A DNA stretch of 64,000 nt from Candidatus Eiseniibacteriota bacterium. Lineage in GTDB: Bacteria > ARS69. The notes below the pieces were generated by a model. The model was not told the origin of the DNA and ran no database searches. It was given only the letters and a program-made list of their open reading frames with translations. The DNA lies in contig JBQTGV010000072.1 in assembly GCA_052390515.1 (NCBI GenBank), positions 7,172-71,171 on the forward strand, written 5' to 3'. Position 1 is the stretch's first letter; every line of letters starts with the position of its first letter. This document shows, in pieces, positions 60,476 to 64,000 of this stretch. Made by a program: the position numbers and the translations under genes.

Positions 60476-60919
60476 CTACGAAGACGGTTCCGCCGGGAGA
60501 GTCCCGGCCGTGCGAAGAGCTTCCCGACAGGGCCCCCGGTTCTCCCGGTACACCCCGCAGTCCCGGCAGTACTCCGGAGCCGATCCGGCGTACGCACGGC
60601 GAACCCGCTCCAGCCGGGCCTCGATCGGCGGGGCGGCGCCGGCCGGCCCGGATCCGGCGTGCAGCTCGCTGCGGATGGCCCAGCACGGCACGAAGCGCAG
60701 CATCGTGCTGAGCCCCTGCAGGCTGATGCCACCCTCCCGGTTCAGCGTCTGGACACAGCCCAGCCAGCGCAGCTCGTCCGGGGAGTAGTGCCGCCGATTC
60801 GAGCGGCGAGCCGGCCGGACGAGCCCGATCCGCTCGTAGGCCATGAGGGTGCGAGGATGCACCCCGAGCGCCTCCGACGCGCGACCGATCGACTGCAGCG
60901 GGACTCCGGATCTCGACAT
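60476..60919 (-). CDS. MerR-family transcriptional regulator with Cys-rich C-terminus
   Basis: Start MSRSGVPLQSIGRASEALGVHPRTLMAYERIGLVRPARRSNRRHYSPDE (MerR HTH); ATG 60917-60919. C-terminal CRDCGVYRENRGPC. Confidence 0.75.
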   Translation of the reverse strand: MSRSGVPLQSIGRASEALGVHPRTLMAYERIGLVRPARRSNRRHYSPDELRWLGCVQTLNREGGISLQGLSTMLRFVPCWAIRSELHAGSGPAGAAPPIEARLERVRRAYAGSAPEYCRDCGVYRENRGPCREALRTAGTLPAEPSS

Positions 60920-60926
60920 CGGCTCC

Positions 60927-60955
60927 AAGCTACAGTTGATAGAAATCTCTGTCAA
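60927..60955 (-). promoter_or_regulatory. Putative MerR promoter (TTGACA-N17-TAGCTT) with embedded imperfect dyad TTGATAGA-N4-TCTGTCAA
   Basis: Perfect -35 TTGACA (revcomp of 60950-60955), -10 TAGCTT (60927-60932). The 7/8 inverted repeat 60936-60955 overlaps -35/spacer; the mRNA would be leaderless. Confidence 0.45.
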
Positions 60956-61103
60956 GTTGCACCTCGGGAGGTCTGGTGTCCTCTTCGAATGGCGGCCTTG
61001 CCGCGACCAGCGACCCCACGGAGAGCGGCGACCCCGACCGCGAAGGGCGATCCCACCGCCGCGGGGCAGGCCGGCGGCGAACCTGCTATTCTCGGTTCGC
61101 CCG

Positions 61104-62249
61104 ATGACCCCGCCTCGCCGCGAAGCGCGAAGACCGCTCCCCGTCCTCTTCCTGGTCACGCACCTCCCCACCGGAGGAGCCGAGCGCCAGCTCGCCTCCC
61201 TCGTCATGCGGATGGACCGTGCCCGCTTCCTGCCGATCGTGGTCTGCCAGAAGGACGGCGGGCCGTTCTACGAGCCCATCGCGGCCGCCGGATTGCCCGT
61301 GTATCGCCTCGGCTTCCATGGCAAGTGGGACCCGCGTTTCTTCGGCCGGCTCGCCTCGATCTGCCGGGAGCACGACGTCCAGGCGATGGTCATCCGCGGC
61401 TTCTCCACCGGGGTGGTCGGGCGGCTGGTCGGGCGCTTCCTCCGCATTCGCCCGCTCATCATGGCCGAACACTCCACCGGCCGGATCGACCCGGATCCGA
61501 AGAAGCGCCCGGTCGAGCGCCTCCTGGCGCCCTGGGCGGACGGAGTGATCGCCGTCGCCCGCGGCCAGGTGCCGTTCCTGCTCGAGGACATCGGCTACGA
61601 CGAGCGCCGGATCCGGGTCATCTACAACGGGATCGACCTCCGCGACTGGACTCCCGCGCCGCGCAACGAGGCGCTGATGCGCGAGCTGGAGATCCCGCCC
61701 GATGCGCCCGTCGCCGGGATCCTGGCGATGCTTCGCCCCGAGAAGGACCACGACACGTTCCTCGCTGCAGCCCGGATCGTTCGCGAGCGCCTCCCCCGCG
61801 CCCGCTTCCTCGTCGTGGGCGAAGGCAGCGAGCGGGAACGGTTGCAGCAACTCTCCGCTTCGCTCGGCCTGACCGACGCGGTCCGCTTTACGGGCCAACG
61901 CAGCGACGTGTCCCGTCTGCTCACCGTGTTCGACGTCAGCATCCTGTGCAGCGTGACGATCGAGACGTTCCCCATGTCCTTCCTCGAGGCGATGGCCATG
62001 GAGCGTCCGATCATCGGCACGAAGGTCGGCGGCGTACCCGAGATGATCGAGGAAGGCGAGAACGGCTTCGTCGTGCCGCTGCGCGATCCCGAGGCGCTCG
62101 CCGGGGCGATCGTGCGCGTGATCGCCGACCGGCGGACGGTCGAGGCGATGGGGCGCCGCTCCCGGCGGATCGTCGAGGAGCGCTTCTCCATCGAGAGAAT
62201 GGTGCGGGACACCGAGGACTACCTGGACTCGTTCTTCGTCGCCGGCTAG
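61104..62249 (+). CDS. GT4-family glycosyltransferase
   Basis: Start MTPPRREARRPLPVLFLVTHLPTGGAE. C-terminal GT4 motif region …ETFPMSFLEAMAMERPIIGTKVGGVPEMIEEGENGFVV. The upstream 87 aa of the track ORF are artefact. Confidence 0.8.
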   Translation: MTPPRREARRPLPVLFLVTHLPTGGAERQLASLVMRMDRARFLPIVVCQKDGGPFYEPIAAAGLPVYRLGFHGKWDPRFFGRLASICREHDVQAMVIRGFSTGVVGRLVGRFLRIRPLIMAEHSTGRIDPDPKKRPVERLLAPWADGVIAVARGQVPFLLEDIGYDERRIRVIYNGIDLRDWTPAPRNEALMRELEIPPDAPVAGILAMLRPEKDHDTFLAAARIVRERLPRARFLVVGEGSERERLQQLSASLGLTDAVRFTGQRSDVSRLLTVFDVSILCSVTIETFPMSFLEAMAMERPIIGTKVGGVPEMIEEGENGFVVPLRDPEALAGAIVRVIADRRTVEAMGRRSRRIVEERFSIERMVRDTEDYLDSFFVAG

Positions 62250-63280
62250 GCGCGGAAGATCCCGAAGGAGAGGGCGAGCCCGGGCCGTTCGCCCAGGGAG
62301 AACACGGAGTGCCAGGCCGCATCGTCGGGGCCGTGCGACGGGAGCAGCAGCACGTCCGCGGGCGACAGCGCCACGAAGGCTCCGCGCCCCACGAGTCTTC
62401 GCGCGAGGTGCGGCGTGCCATTCAGCAGCCGGTCGACCCGCAGGGAATCGTGCGCGTCCAGAAGGCGAAGGCCGGCGCGCTCCCCCGCGCGGCCCGTCAG
62501 CTCCGCCACCTCCACCGCGAGCCTCCGCTTCGAGACCGCGAGCCACCCCGTTCGCCCGGTGAGCTGCGCGTACGCGACGCCGAGCTGACCCTCCTCCGCG
62601 TCGTCGTGGAACGCCGCGCCCCCTCCCGGAGCGTTCCAGAAGACAATCCGCTCGGAGAGGCGGACCTTGCCGCCGGTCCATGTCTCGAGCGTCCTGTGCA
62701 GCGCGGTGTTCCGGTCCAGCAGCCGGCACTCCGGAAACACTGCCTCGGCGAAGTCGTCCGCCGCGCGGGCTCGACGCAGGTCCGACCGCCAGTCGTCCAG
62801 CCGCTCCGCCCCGAACGAGAAGCGGACGCGCAGGGACGCATCCCCGGGTCGGGCCGTGATCCAGGAGAGCTTCGCCCACACGTCCCGCGCGACGATCCTG
62901 CCGCCGCGGCGGAGGTCGGCGTGGACCTTCTCGATCTCGCGGACGTCGCCCAGGTCCGCAGAGACGCCCGCGGGGACGAACGGCCCGCGCACGGAGCAGC
63001 GCCGCCAGACCTCCGGCTCGAGCAGGCCGCCGTCCCGAAAGCGGCGAAACGCGCGCGCGGTCCGGGTGACGGCCGGGCGAAGGCTCGCGAAGCGCGGCGC
63101 CAACGCGCGACCCAGATGCACGGCCTCGGCGGCGTCCCAGCGTGCCCGCCCCGCCTCGGCGTCGAGCTGGCTCCGGCCGGTCCGCCGGACCCACCCGAAT
63201 GCCGTGCCGCGTCGCGTGAGGGGCAGCGCGCCCGCTCGACGGGAAGCCGACCAGCTCCAGCGATCCGCTCGAAACTCCAT
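62246..63280 (-). CDS. Hypothetical protein
   Basis: 344-aa ORF convergent with the GT4 gene (4-nt overlap). No domain recognised; moderate coding-like composition. Confidence 0.4.
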   Translation of the reverse strand: MEFRADRWSWSASRRAGALPLTRRGTAFGWVRRTGRSQLDAEAGRARWDAAEAVHLGRALAPRFASLRPAVTRTARAFRRFRDGGLLEPEVWRRCSVRGPFVPAGVSADLGDVREIEKVHADLRRGGRIVARDVWAKLSWITARPGDASLRVRFSFGAERLDDWRSDLRRARAADDFAEAVFPECRLLDRNTALHRTLETWTGGKVRLSERIVFWNAPGGGAAFHDDAEEGQLGVAYAQLTGRTGWLAVSKRRLAVEVAELTGRAGERAGLRLLDAHDSLRVDRLLNGTPHLARRLVGRGAFVALSPADVLLLPSHGPDDAAWHSVFSLGERPGLALSFGIFRA

Positions 63281-63322
63281 GGTCTGCTAATCTAGCCCGA
63301 CTCGCGGAGGACGTGACCAGGA

Positions 63323-64000
63323 ATGAGCGCTCGCGAGACGATCCGACCCGCGGTCGTCGTCGGCGCCGGCGCCGCGGGCCTCACGGCCGCGATCTTCGCC
63401 GGACGCGCCGGCGTTCCGGTCCTGGTGCTGGAGACGCGGCCTTCGCCGGGAGCGAAGATCCGGATCAGCGGCGGCGGCCGCTGCAACGTGCTGCCGTCCC
63501 GGGTCGACCTCTCCGACTTCCACACGTCGGGTTCGCGGAACACGCTCCGCAACATCCTCCTCTCCTGGCCGCTCGCGGACGTTCGCGCGTTCTTCGAGCG
63601 CGACCTGGGCGTGCCGCTGAAGGACGAACCGACCGGCAAGGTCTTCCCCCGGAGCGACGATGCCCGCGATGTCGTCGCGGCGCTCCTGCGGGAGGCCGCG
63701 CGATCCGGAGCGGAGATCCAGGGGGGCTTCCGGGTCGCGTCGGCTCGCCGGGTCGAGTCGGAAGGGGCGGCTCGCTTCATCCTCGCCGCGGACGACGGCC
63801 GCGAGGTCCACGCCCGGCGGGTTGTGCTCGCCACCGGGGGGCTCTCGCTCCCGAAGACCGGAAGCGACGGCGGCGGCCTGCGCATGGCGGAGCGGTTCGG
63901 ACACCGCATCGCGCCGACCTACCCGGCGCTCGTGCCGCTCCTCGGAGGGGATCCTGCCTTGCGCGAGCTCGCCGGCGTCTCCGTCCGGGTCGAGCTGACC
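63323..64000 (+). CDS. HI0933/BaiN-like NAD(FAD)-utilising flavoprotein, 3'-partial at window edge
   Basis: My translation from ATG 63323: MSARETIRPAVVVGAGAAGLTAAIFAGRAGVPVLVLETRPSPGAKIRISGGGRCNV… – FAD Rossmann motif plus the HI0933 hallmark ISGGGRCN. Runs off the window end. Confidence 0.75.
   Translation, partial: MSARETIRPAVVVGAGAAGLTAAIFAGRAGVPVLVLETRPSPGAKIRISGGGRCNVLPSRVDLSDFHTSGSRNTLRNILLSWPLADVRAFFERDLGVPLKDEPTGKVFPRSDDARDVVAALLREAARSGAEIQGGFRVASARRVESEGAARFILAADDGREVHARRVVLATGGLSLPKTGSDGGGLRMAERFGHRIAPTYPALVPLLGGDPALRELAGVSVRVELT

Noticed and set aside
1-64000. CRISPR arrays, rRNA/tRNA genes, IS elements/integrases
   Set aside because: No spaced identical repeats of CRISPR type were found; the only repeats are the 12-mer triplet at 4396-4444 and the 20-mer pair at 37626/38721. 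No transposase or integrase-like translation in any frame. No cloverleaf-like or rRNA-like stretches were recognised by eye; a tRNAscan or Infernal run would be needed to be certain.

Overview
This 64-kb window is about 70% GC and bacterial, with frequent GTG/TTG starts and several ATGA-type start/stop overlaps. It looks like one chromosomal segment of an environmental high-GC bacterium; a Gemmatimonadota-like lineage is a low-confidence guess, based on several secreted proteins carrying FlgD-Ig-like C-terminal domains, ECF-sigma/Ser-Thr-kinase pairs and futalosine-pathway menaquinone genes.

Gene content, in order:
- 1-7.3 kb (minus strand): central carbon metabolism: gdhA (partial), maeB, citrate synthase, and 2-oxoacid:ferredoxin oxidoreductase korAB.
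- 8.4-16.0 kb (minus strand): a long co-directional gene string: an AhpD-like carboxymuconolactone-decarboxylase-family protein with an in-frame TGA (candidate selenoprotein), a double PARP-type zinc-finger protein, MqnC/E-MqnA-MqnC/E futalosine genes, DUF423, an SDR-epimerase fusion and a GMC oxidoreductase.
- 17.6-21.4 kb: a B12-radical-SAM / GT-C glycosyltransferase / ICMT-methyltransferase operon.
- 23.0-28.0 kb: a secreted FlgD-Ig protein, an ECF sigma factor and a TPR Ser/Thr kinase, translationally coupled.
- Dispersed late menaquinone genes, UbiD-like and UbiX-like, sharing an extended -10 region and promoter layout, plus UbiA-like adjacent to a long U32 peptidase.
- 37.6-40.2 kb: an accessory patch with an AbiEii-type nucleotidyltransferase toxin-antitoxin module flanked by 20-bp direct repeats (one copy sits in an intact terminator hairpin), a frameshifted gene remnant, and a second nucleotidyltransferase module.
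- 43.6-63.3 kb: an ABC exporter, proteases (SppA, M42, S41), two membrane-anchored alkaline-phosphatase-family paralogues and a sulfatase sharing a C-terminal ...LGYIR tail, then def, SPFH, MoeB/ThiF-rhodanese, ErpA, MerR, a GT4 glycosyltransferase and an HI0933-like flavoprotein (partial).

No rRNA, tRNA, CRISPR array, transposase or integrase was recognised. The ORF track includes the stop codon in each ORF's coordinates and lists GTG/TTG starts as M; the CDS coordinates below follow the same convention.
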